A stretch of DNA of 64,000 bases from Chthoniobacteraceae bacterium (lineage in GTDB: Bacteria; Verrucomicrobiota; Verrucomicrobiia; Chthoniobacterales; Chthoniobacteraceae), in the NCBI GenBank assembly GCA_044348365.1, contig JBIKSY010000001.1, forward strand, positions 9,225 through 73,224, given 5' to 3'. The position numbers were made by a program, and so were the translations under genes. This document shows positions 28,701 to 36,585 of this stretch, piece after piece. Every line of letters begins with the position of its first letter. Within the stretch, counting starts at the first letter, position 1. Below the pieces are notes generated by a model. It worked only from the letters and a program-made list of their open reading frames with translations. It was not told where the DNA came from and did not search any database.

Positions 28701-30492
28701 TCTTGCCTCCGGCAGCAGCCTGTCCTTATCGGTCGGTGTCACAAGCGACGTGACTGGGATTCAGTATCAGTGGCGGAAGGACCTGCAGGACATTCCGGGA
28801 GCAACAGTCGGGACTTTGAATGTGACGGCCACGGCGGCCACGGCGGGATTGTACGACGTGGTCGTGTCGAATCCGGCTTCCAGCGTCACCAGCAGTGGGA
28901 TTGCAGTTCGTGTGTTCACGCCTCCCGTGTTCACGCGTCAACCGGCCTCTCAGACCGTGGCCGACGGCAGGGCGGTCATCTTGTCAGTATCGGCTCAGGG
29001 TTACAGCATACCCACGCTTCAGTGGTACGGTCCGGATGGCCTTATCGCTGGAGCAACAGCCTCCACCCTGACGGTGACGGGCTTTAATGCAGGGAAGGCG
29101 GGCTCATACTATGCGGTGGCGACAAACGAAAGCGGCTCGACAACAAGCGAGAAAGCGACTCTTTCCCTGCCCGGGGTTGTGGCGGGGAAGCCGACCATTC
29201 TGATCCATCCGCAGAGTCAGGCCGTAGTTGCGGGAAGCACCGTGACCCTCACTGTGAAAGCAATCGATGCGACCCAGTACCAATGGAGAAAAAACGGGGT
29301 GCCGATTCCCGGGGCGACCGGTACGGATTTGGTGGTTGGCAACGTGACTGCAGTGGATGTCGCCTCCTACTCGGTTTTGGTGAGCAACTCTGTGACCTCG
29401 GTGTTGAGTACCGCGGCCACGATCTCGCTACGCTCCGTTGTGGACGGGGACGCCCGCAGGAACCTCTTCAACGCGGTGTTTGGCTCCAATGGAGGGCTGT
29501 TCTCCGCGCGCCTCAGTGGAACCGCCCTGCCTCCGGGAACGCCGCAGGGGTACATCCGGCTGAATTTTACGCGGGCCGGAACCGTCTCCGGCGCTTATAC
29601 TTCCGGGAACAAGGTTATCCGCTTCGCATCCCGTTTTGTGCTTAGCGGTGCGAACCAGGTGGCGGAAGTCCCCCAGGTGGGTGGATCTTCAACCACCCTC
29701 CGGTTTACCATCACCGCAGATCCTTCAAATCCTGTAGCCAGTGTCCGGTTGGTTCCCTCTGACAACCCGCAGTCGGCTACGACCAGCGAAGTGGTTCTCG
29801 CCCGTCTGGGGGTGAAGAACCTGACGCTTTCAGGGATTTACACCGGGACATTTCAGGATCCTTCCACCGGCATGTTCCACGGATACTCCTCCACCAAGGT
29901 GAACCTCAATTCGGGTATCGTGGCTGTCTCGGGGATGGTGCCGCTCACCGGTGAGCGTTTTACAGCCACCTCTTCCATGTACGCTGACCCCCGGGGTGTC
30001 AGTCCGGCCTCGATGACCGACCTCGTGGTGCGGTTGAGCGAAACACGGCGCTTGTTCTCAACCTGGAAGCTCGAAACGGCCTCGTTGGGAGGAGACGCTG
30101 TGGTTGTCACCGGAACGTCAAATGGCGTGCCCTACGACGTGACAGGCGCGAAGTACTCGCCCGCGGCACTCGGTTCACTGTTGGCGCCCTTTGTCTCCAC
30201 GAGGGATCAGGCGGTAGTGACCTACAATGGAACGGAAGTGTCGCGTTTCACAGCTCAGGCGAGTCGGCTCATTCCGGAGGTTTCGGCTTTCGCGGCGGCG
30301 GGAGGACGGTTCTCCACGCGGTTCCTCGCCGGCACCGGGGTGGTTTCCGGCTTGGTGACACTCAAGCCCGGAGATGCGCCGGTGCCTTTCACCGGGGTAA
30401 TCCTGCAGGGCGGTTACCGCACCAATGGAGGAATCCTAGGGGTTGGCGTCACGCCCGCTGGCGACACCCTCCGGTTCGAACCGGCAAACTAA
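25711..30492 (+). CDS. giant secreted protein: 14 RCC1 repeats (two 7-bladed propellers) + 5 Ig-like domains + about 380-aa uncharacterised C-terminal region
   Basis: Fourteen G(Q)(L/I/F)G(D/N)G-type blade signatures (GQIGDGS, GQLGDGT, GQFGNGS, ...). Five Q(W/Y)RK-type Ig modules (e.g. CQWRKDGVDINGATGP...GVYDVVVSS). Signal peptide MNIKCLGNVCLRFLPVFVSVITVFVAG. The start is either TTG 25711, preceded by GGAGGG, or ATG 25741. Confidence 0.85.
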   Translation: MSDRNFDFNFMNIKCLGNVCLRFLPVFVSVITVFVAGLETLCAEDLKLGTTQITRSSGVILNPMPAAGNVQPTVSMGGGHTLAVDQVGTLWAWGKNDKGQIGDGSTENRNAPVRIERDGVRWVGVAAGLDFSLAIDSDGKLWSWGSNAAGQLGDGTNSDSLIPKQVGSATDWRAVSAGDFHALALKSSGDLYSWGSNQSGQLGRSLTAVSGVVPSMSMTPGQVTGTWKAVSAGGSHSLAISSNNAAQSWGANYKGQLGRNTVSETDGTPLDAFGGVSVDSVAAGGDFSVLVKSGGGVDVYGDNQYGQLGDVALPSGAYNNTGAASVPLPLASTVSLVVAGRQHALALLQDGSVKAWGRDDSGQAPASVDLGGGTPAGVHAGGKNSLVVFSDGSISTFGRNIEGQHGDGAIQIQSIPVNKFPLRSYAQVEVGERHTLAIDHDGKLWAWGGNSAGQLGDGTIADSSVPVTPNGLGVGNWTKIAAGANNSAAINATGELYIWGSNYDGQFGNGSTTPGLSPVKVAGTWSEVAIGEGHVLAINSAGKLFAWGNNMNSQLGWAKVGNQTNQLSPKQVGSAADWAKVTAGQNHSLGLRGTSLYGWGQNVLGQLGNGSNTDATAPVKIGTLSWDTIRAGGSTSAGISGGKLYVWGNNDKGQLGNGGTQPSNAPKQFGDKGTLPLDPSQEILKNLRFMAVGVSPTAIAAVTTDGKIWVSGSNDGGRIGYGSVSGTKVPVKLSIPVGPSTVSSVSSVSLGGASGAAITSVKALYVWGFNKYGQLGESEQDLGAHRAIIPQAPSVNVLATAKNGSLNTSSAGPDLAFGEGDAVVFTATPSGTGPFTCQWRKDGVDINGATGPTHEIASAGPLSAGVYDVVVSSAYGSNVESANTITAVLWLAPQITEQPVAVNALSGTNAALNVTATGTALSYAWKSVSGGAVIATGASFSAPARDDDYNVTVSSSKNGTAVDVISNTVAVRFYDQVVLQAPDTNRVGSGSQTIVKSLASGSSLSLSVGVTSDVTGIQYQWRKDLQDIPGATVGTLNVTATAATAGLYDVVVSNPASSVTSSGIAVRVFTPPVFTRQPASQTVADGRAVILSVSAQGYSIPTLQWYGPDGLIAGATASTLTVTGFNAGKAGSYYAVATNESGSTTSEKATLSLPGVVAGKPTILIHPQSQAVVAGSTVTLTVKAIDATQYQWRKNGVPIPGATGTDLVVGNVTAVDVASYSVLVSNSVTSVLSTAATISLRSVVDGDARRNLFNAVFGSNGGLFSARLSGTALPPGTPQGYIRLNFTRAGTVSGAYTSGNKVIRFASRFVLSGANQVAEVPQVGGSSTTLRFTITADPSNPVASVRLVPSDNPQSATTSEVVLARLGVKNLTLSGIYTGTFQDPSTGMFHGYSSTKVNLNSGIVAVSGMVPLTGERFTATSSMYADPRGVSPASMTDLVVRLSETRRLFSTWKLETASLGGDAVVVTGTSNGVPYDVTGAKYSPAALGSLLAPFVSTRDQAVVTYNGTEVSRFTAQASRLIPEVSAFAAAGGRFSTRFLAGTGVVSGLVTLKPGDAPVPFTGVILQGGYRTNGGILGVGVTPAGDTLRFEPAN

Positions 30493-30526
30493 CCAAACCA
30501 CGGAAAACCATTTTTTAACTCAGACA

Positions 30527-33500
30527 ATGTTTCATTCCAATCCTCTCGCTCAGCGGCTCGTGGGCCTCTTGATGCTAAGTACCTACCTCGGCGTGTCGAC
30601 GATTCTGCCAGCCCGTGTTTACGGGGCTGCGCCAAGCGTGGTCACCGCGGATACCACCCTTGATTTCTATGGAGGCACCAGGGACGGTGGGGGTGCCAAT
30701 GGGTCTGGGGGCTATTTCCTGTCCGCGGGGGCCCTCACGTTGAGCAACGGGGTCCTCAGGAACTTCGTGACCAAGGGCGGAACCGGAAGCGGCGGGGGAG
30801 CCGGATTTGGCGGGGCCCTTTTTGTGGGGGATGGCGCCACGGCCGAGGTTAAAAACATTTCCTTCATCGCAAACGGCGCCGTCGGTGGAAAAGCCGATGT
30901 CACAGCGACTCAAGGGGGGATGTTGAACAGCCGGAACAAGTTCAGTGGCAACCCGTTTGGCGGTGTGGCGGGCTCCGGTTTCAACGGGCGCAACTTCAAT
31001 GACTACGGGGTGTTTGACAGCGGTGACGGAGGGGCAGGGGACAACGGCTTGGGAGGCGCCTTCAGGCAGCAGAGGATTGGAGGCGCGGGCGGCAGCGGGG
31101 GGAACGGCTCCAATGGATGGGGCACGGATCCCTTCGCGATCACGGCTCTGATCCAGGCTGGCCTTGGCATGAGTTCGGTTGTTCTCGATATCGTGAGCAA
31201 CGTGGCGGAGATCACCTCGGAATTCGCCAACCCCCTCACTTGGAATCTGGTGGTGGACAATGCCATTACGGTGGCCAAGCTTGCGATTGACACGGTCAAC
31301 GCTGGGATGGACCTAGCCCAAGCGACGCAGGCGTTGATCACCTACCACATGAAGCTAGATGACGGTTATGTGGGTTTGGGAGGCGATGGTGGCGCCGGAG
31401 GTGAGGGAGGATCAGGCGATTTTGGCTTGGGTGGCGGTGTCGGTGGGGCCGGTGGAGCCGGTGGGAACGCCGCAGGTGGGGCGCGCGGCGGTTACGGGGG
31501 ATCCGGGGGAACCGGCGGTGCAGGCGGGTTTGGCGCAGGCGGGGGACGTGGTGGCGATGGGGGGGCCAAGGGCAACGATGGTTCCGTTCCCGCCTCCAGA
31601 GAAAAGGCCGCCGACGGGGATGGAGGTGCCGGCGGTGCGGGTGGGTTCGGCGGTGGTCTGGGCTCCACGGGTTCCAACGGTGGCGCCGGAGCGGGCGGGG
31701 CCGGGTTTGGCGGATCGATCTTTGTACAGTCGAACGGCAAGCTCACCATCTCGGGAAACACCACGTTCGACGCGGGTTTTGTCCGCGGCGGTTCGGGCGT
31801 TGCGGCTGGAGCGGTGGACGGCGCACTAGCGGGCCCTACGGGTCAGGCTGTTGGCACGGATATTTTCGTGATGAAGGGGGCAGAGCTGCTGTTCAAGCCG
31901 GGTGCCGGCAACATTATCACGCTCAACGGCTCGATCGCGGACGACAGCGCGGCCTCGATCAGTCTCGACGGCGGGATCGACGCACAGTCGGTCTACCAGG
32001 TTGGCAATGGAGCCGATGTACACTTCGAGGATGGGCTGACGATTTTAAACGGCGCAAACACCTACACCGGAAGCACCAAGATCGGGGCGGGTGCGGTCCT
32101 TCAGGCTCAGGATGGCGTCGGGATCCACAACCACAGCCAAATCGTGTTTGAGGGCGGGGTGTTGCAGTCCAGTGGCAGTTTCGTGCGAGGGGTGGGCTCC
32201 GACAGCACTCAGGTTTCCTGGACCGGGAGCGGCGGCTTTTCCGCTGCGAACGGCGACCTCACCGTGAGTTTGTTTGGAACCGCGAATCCAAAACTCACCT
32301 GGGGGATGGGCGACTTTGTGCCGACCACATCCAGCCTCGTGTTTGGCTCTGCAACCTCGACCGGTTCGGTCACTTTTACCAATGACATTGACCTTGGTGC
32401 TTCGGGCGAAAGGAACATTTCAGTCGTCGCGGGTGTCGACTCACAGTCGGTGGCGATTTTGTCCGGTGCCCTCTCTGGAGGCGCAATGTTAACTCTCAAT
32501 GGCGCAACGGACGAACAACCCGGCGTGCTGGTGTTGACCAATCCGGCAAACAACTACACCGGTGGAACGCGGATCAACTCCGGTGTGCTGCGTTTGGAAA
32601 ATGCCGGCGCCCTGCCCACGACCGGCGTCGTAACCGTCAACGGCGAACTCGACCTCTCCGATGCGGGGACGGGTGTTGCGGGTTCGGGAAACCGCACCAT
32701 CGGCGGACTCGCGGGAGCCGCCAGCGGGGTGGTTTCGATGGGAGGCGTGGTGCTGACGGTCGATCAGTCCGAAGACACCACGTTTTCTGGGGCGTTGGTT
32801 GACGGCGGATTTGCCGGAGGCGAGGGAGCCCAGTTGGTCAAGAAGGGAAATGGTTCGCTCACCTTGAACGGCTCAAACGTTTACACGGGAGGGACCACCG
32901 TGACGGGGGGGAGTTTGATTCTCGGGCCTCTCGGTGTACTTGCCTCGCAGTCCGTGACTGTTGGCGTTGGCGCCTCGATCACGCTTGAGGCCGGCGGATT
33001 GATTCCCCAGGAGACCGCGCTGATTCTCGACGGTGGTGCCAACCTCAAGGATCCCTTCGTGGCCATAGAGTCCTTGAACGGCGGAGGAACACTCACCCTC
33101 ACCAACACGGAGTTTACCGTCCGGGAAGGGACCTTCAGTGGCCCGATCAGTCAGTCCGGAAGCAGCTACATCAGCAAGGAGGGGGACAACGCGCTCAACC
33201 TTGCCGGCAATGTGACCGTGTCGGGTGTTTTGGTGAATGCCGGCAGTGTGGAATTCAGTGGGTTGTCCGTGGATGTGCCGCAGGTGGTTGTCGCCGAGGG
33301 TGCCAACGTGCGGACGATGTCTGTCACTGTGCTGCAAAGTGCGGACTTCCGGAAATCGGGCGCTGGACAGATGCTCATGATGGGTTCCTCCAACGCGGCT
33401 GTTTTCACGGTGGCAGAGGGCACCATGGTCCTGGAGGGAGGCAACGCCCGCTTTCGCGACGGTGCGACGGTGAACGTCGGCCCGAACGGACTGGTTGCGG

Positions 33501-36049
33501 CGGCGTCCGCCGGTCCCGGGGCGGCGGCCTCTCCCGCGCCTCCCGCTCCCGCTGTGCTGAGGCTTGTTACCACCGGTTCCAGCAACGCAGGGTTGCAGAA
33601 GATCGGCGTATTGAATGTGACCGGGGCCCACGTCCTCGGGCAGGGTGGGGATGTGCTCGCCGCGGGGACTTACAATTTCGGTGGGACGGGGACGACCAAG
33701 AACCTGCTCACCGCGAGTTTGGGCACCGCGCGCGAAGGAGACATCAATGTCACGGCGAATACGGACTTTGGGATTTATAAACAGACGTCCCAATCCTCGG
33801 TGTCCGCAAACAAGCTGACGGTGTCCGGCGAGCAGACGGCTCTGGGTGTTTACATGCCGCTGAACCTCAACACAATCGAACTGAAGGATTCGGTAATTCT
33901 GAATCTCTTCGAGGGTTCCGCCGTAAATTCCGACGTGAATGTGTCTGTGGACTCTGCGGCAACCCTTTCTCTCAACGGCATCATTCCGGTGGCTGGAATG
34001 GATGCGGTACAGATCGGCTCATTGAGTGGGACTGGAACGGTGTTCCAGGGATCCACGCTGTTGCGGGTTTCAAGCGGAACATTCTCTGGTCGTCTGCTTG
34101 TAGACCCGAACAACCGCCAGACCGTTGCTCCCGCGGAGGTGACCGGAACCGTGGGTATTAGTGGTACGGTTGAAACCAATGTGAGAGTCGCCGATGGAGG
34201 CACCCTCACTTTAGGTGGCGGTCCTGGCACCAACGAATCCCTCAAAGGTTCTCTGACCGTGGGCACCCTCGGCAGTGTGACAATTATGCCCGGCTATGTC
34301 GTTGCATCGGGAGCGGGCTCGGTGACAAACGCAGGGAGCCTCTCCAACGCTGGTACGGTGGCCAGCAGCATGGTGAACTCCGGCACCTTCCAGAACAACG
34401 GGGTGGTCCAAGGGGCCTTCACCAGCACGGGCGTCGTGACCGGTTCCGGAACCTACATGTCTGGCATGCAGATCACCGGTGGCGTGCTCAAGCCGGGGAA
34501 TTCGCCGGGGGAAATCATCTCGGGAAGCCGGCTGTCGGTGACGAACGCGACGGCGCTCATTGAGATTGGCAGCCTCAGCGCAAACAGCATCACCGCCAAC
34601 GGTACGACTTGGGCGAACGGTTTCGGCAGGATCGTTCAAACCACTGGTGCCCCGATTGTGTTGGGGCCCGGAGTGGTTCTGGAACTCAGTGGTTACGTTC
34701 AGCAACCTGGATCTACGCTCGCCTTCAACGGTTCGGCTCGCGGCACGACACTCAAGATTTTTGACACTGCCGACGGACAAATCATCGGGACGTTTGCCTC
34801 GTTACGAAACGGTGCTTCCGCGGTCAATCTTCCTGACCCGGCGCGGCAAGACTTGACGAGCGGTTACGTGTTGAACCTTTGGACAGGTGAGCTGGTTGGC
34901 ACGGGCCTGCCATGGGGGGTAGCTGGAACCCCAGCTGGGGCAGTCAACTGGTCCTTGGGTAATGATCTTCTCGATTCATCGATCGGAGGTTGGAATAGTT
35001 TGAATGCCAACCAGCGTGCAATGCTTACGCAGCTCAACGTCGGTGAACGCCAGTTCCAAGGGGGCACCCTCGTAAAGTTGATGCTTGCAGCTCCAGACGC
35101 TGAGGCAGCCAAGCTGGTGCTCGATAAAGCCTCGCCCGAGGCGTTTGTCGGTCTCTCCGATTTCGGCCTCCGCGTGGGTCGCTCGCACCTCGAGCAGGCC
35201 CGCACGATGGACACGGTGGCGCAGCAAGGAAAACTGGGAGTCTTCACCGGTTGGAACAACTACAACTTCGGCTCAAACAGTTCTCAAAACCGGGCGGATT
35301 ACAAAATCAACCACAACTCCGGTATCCTCGGGGTCCGCTATGCGTTCGGCGGCGGGCTGGCTGGGAGCGTGTTTGCCACGCAGGGAAGCGGTTCCACGCG
35401 GTCGGAATTTCTCAATGTCTCGACCGAGGGGCAAACTTTTGGGTTTGGGGCAAATTATGACGGGGGTAGTGAATTGCCCTTCGGTGTCCACGTCGGCCTG
35501 ATCGGTGGCGTATTTGATTCCAACGGCACCCGGCAAACCAATTCGGGCCTCGCGCGTTTTAGCGGGGCCAATTCCTCCACCTTTCAGGGGGCGTTTGGCG
35601 GTGCTTACCGCATTGTCTCAAGGGCGTCCTCGGTTTTGACCGCGGATCTTGGGGTGACGCTTGCAACCTCCGATGTGGATGGAATTTCCGAAACCGGACC
35701 CTCGGGTGAGAATCTGCGGGTGGGATCCCAGTCCAACAGCAGCGCCATTGTGGAACTAGGTTTGGGTGGCGCACACCGCGTGAACTCAAAGCTTGGTGTC
35801 AACGGTCGGATCGGAGTCGAACACAACCTGCAAAGTGCCCGGCGCGATGTTACCGCCAACGTGGTTGGGGAGCCCACCGCGTTTGGGGTTTCGACCGCAG
35901 GGTTGGGGGAGACTCACTACGTTTTCTCTGTGGGCAACCGTTATGACCTGACCGAGCGTTTCAACGTGGGTGCCGACTTCAAGGGGACTTTCGGGAAGGA
36001 TGTCCGGGTTGGTACGGCCCTGTTCCTAAATGCTTCGTACGGTTTCTAG
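30527..36049 (+). CDS. 1840-aa autotransporter adhesin: Pmp-like GGA(I/L/V)/FxxN motifs, glycine-rich region, PATR beta-strand repeats, C-terminal beta-barrel
   Basis: Signal peptide (LVGLLMLSTYLGVSTILPARVYG). GGALFVGDG...ISFIANGA and GGSIFVQSNGKLTISGNTTFDAG motifs. PATR-like units (LVKKGNGSLTLNGSNVYTGGTTVTGGSLIL; NNYTGGTRINSGVLRL). Barrel domain ending ...LFLNASYGF. Confidence 0.85.
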   Translation: MFHSNPLAQRLVGLLMLSTYLGVSTILPARVYGAAPSVVTADTTLDFYGGTRDGGGANGSGGYFLSAGALTLSNGVLRNFVTKGGTGSGGGAGFGGALFVGDGATAEVKNISFIANGAVGGKADVTATQGGMLNSRNKFSGNPFGGVAGSGFNGRNFNDYGVFDSGDGGAGDNGLGGAFRQQRIGGAGGSGGNGSNGWGTDPFAITALIQAGLGMSSVVLDIVSNVAEITSEFANPLTWNLVVDNAITVAKLAIDTVNAGMDLAQATQALITYHMKLDDGYVGLGGDGGAGGEGGSGDFGLGGGVGGAGGAGGNAAGGARGGYGGSGGTGGAGGFGAGGGRGGDGGAKGNDGSVPASREKAADGDGGAGGAGGFGGGLGSTGSNGGAGAGGAGFGGSIFVQSNGKLTISGNTTFDAGFVRGGSGVAAGAVDGALAGPTGQAVGTDIFVMKGAELLFKPGAGNIITLNGSIADDSAASISLDGGIDAQSVYQVGNGADVHFEDGLTILNGANTYTGSTKIGAGAVLQAQDGVGIHNHSQIVFEGGVLQSSGSFVRGVGSDSTQVSWTGSGGFSAANGDLTVSLFGTANPKLTWGMGDFVPTTSSLVFGSATSTGSVTFTNDIDLGASGERNISVVAGVDSQSVAILSGALSGGAMLTLNGATDEQPGVLVLTNPANNYTGGTRINSGVLRLENAGALPTTGVVTVNGELDLSDAGTGVAGSGNRTIGGLAGAASGVVSMGGVVLTVDQSEDTTFSGALVDGGFAGGEGAQLVKKGNGSLTLNGSNVYTGGTTVTGGSLILGPLGVLASQSVTVGVGASITLEAGGLIPQETALILDGGANLKDPFVAIESLNGGGTLTLTNTEFTVREGTFSGPISQSGSSYISKEGDNALNLAGNVTVSGVLVNAGSVEFSGLSVDVPQVVVAEGANVRTMSVTVLQSADFRKSGAGQMLMMGSSNAAVFTVAEGTMVLEGGNARFRDGATVNVGPNGLVAAASAGPGAAASPAPPAPAVLRLVTTGSSNAGLQKIGVLNVTGAHVLGQGGDVLAAGTYNFGGTGTTKNLLTASLGTAREGDINVTANTDFGIYKQTSQSSVSANKLTVSGEQTALGVYMPLNLNTIELKDSVILNLFEGSAVNSDVNVSVDSAATLSLNGIIPVAGMDAVQIGSLSGTGTVFQGSTLLRVSSGTFSGRLLVDPNNRQTVAPAEVTGTVGISGTVETNVRVADGGTLTLGGGPGTNESLKGSLTVGTLGSVTIMPGYVVASGAGSVTNAGSLSNAGTVASSMVNSGTFQNNGVVQGAFTSTGVVTGSGTYMSGMQITGGVLKPGNSPGEIISGSRLSVTNATALIEIGSLSANSITANGTTWANGFGRIVQTTGAPIVLGPGVVLELSGYVQQPGSTLAFNGSARGTTLKIFDTADGQIIGTFASLRNGASAVNLPDPARQDLTSGYVLNLWTGELVGTGLPWGVAGTPAGAVNWSLGNDLLDSSIGGWNSLNANQRAMLTQLNVGERQFQGGTLVKLMLAAPDAEAAKLVLDKASPEAFVGLSDFGLRVGRSHLEQARTMDTVAQQGKLGVFTGWNNYNFGSNSSQNRADYKINHNSGILGVRYAFGGGLAGSVFATQGSGSTRSEFLNVSTEGQTFGFGANYDGGSELPFGVHVGLIGGVFDSNGTRQTNSGLARFSGANSSTFQGAFGGAYRIVSRASSVLTADLGVTLATSDVDGISETGPSGENLRVGSQSNSSAIVELGLGGAHRVNSKLGVNGRIGVEHNLQSARRDVTANVVGEPTAFGVSTAGLGETHYVFSVGNRYDLTERFNVGADFKGTFGKDVRVGTALFLNASYGF

Positions 36050-36284
36050 GTCGGAGTGTTGCCGGTGGCTTGCCGGAGCACGAGCGTTGGTTGATGTGAA
36101 CCCAGTATTTTGATGGGGCCTCAAACAACTTCCAGCGCTAGGTCCATCAGCGGCAAACGGGGCTTTAAGATTGCCGCAACGGGGAGTCGGGCGTGACCGG
36201 TAGACGATTGCCGGACACACAGGAGGCAATATTTAACGCCCCGCAGCGGCTACGTGGTTTCAGTGTGGTCGCTCGCCGCTCTAT

Positions 36285-36472
36285 CCCTACTTCGCGGACT
36301 CGCGTCTAAGTCTGGACCAACTGAATCTGACGCTTCCTGAACAGGCACCGCCGAAGATCTACAGGCCCGACCCGAATTTGAACTGAGAAAACGTGTAGTG
36401 CCGACCTTTTAAAGACAAAGACTGAAAATGAGAGGTTTAGCTTTTTTGACCTCTTCAGTCCGCGAAGTAGGG
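36285..36472. repeat. 188-bp MITE-like unit bounded by perfect 16-nt inverted repeats (CCCTACTTCGCGGACT / AGTCCGCGAAGTAGGG)
   Basis: Read directly: 36285-36300 and 36457-36472 are reverse complements. The interior looks AT-richer by eye and has no ORF. Confidence 0.7.
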
Positions 36473-36478
36473 CTAGGA

Positions 36479-36585
36479 CCGGGCGCTTCCTCCGCGGTTT
36501 CTCCGGTTGGGTTTGGGAAATACTAAGGCGCGGAGGAAAGCCCTTTGAGCAGGGGACATTCGCCCGCGGGCACGCCTTCGCCCCT
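36479..36585. repeat. 107-bp direct repeat, right copy (overlaps the functional 3' end of the DUF2293 gene)
   Basis: See the left copy at 24832-24938. Covers the last 21 codons, the stop, and 44 nt downstream of the CDS at 36523-37206. Confidence 0.9.

Larger units (their letters stand above)
24939..36478. mobile_element. putative inserted genomic islet (11,540 bp) between the 107-bp direct repeats; no recombinase gene present
   Basis: Flanked by the direct repeats. 16-17-nt inverted repeats lie 2 and 6 nt inside the ends. Removing it would leave the esterase and DUF2293 genes convergent. Confidence 0.5.

Noticed and set aside
31359-31829. 156-aa plus-strand and 90-aa minus-strand ORFs inside the glycine-rich part of the autotransporter gene
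   Set aside because: These are products of GGN/GCN low-complexity DNA that is open in several frames. Only the autotransporter frame is continuous from the signal peptide to the barrel.
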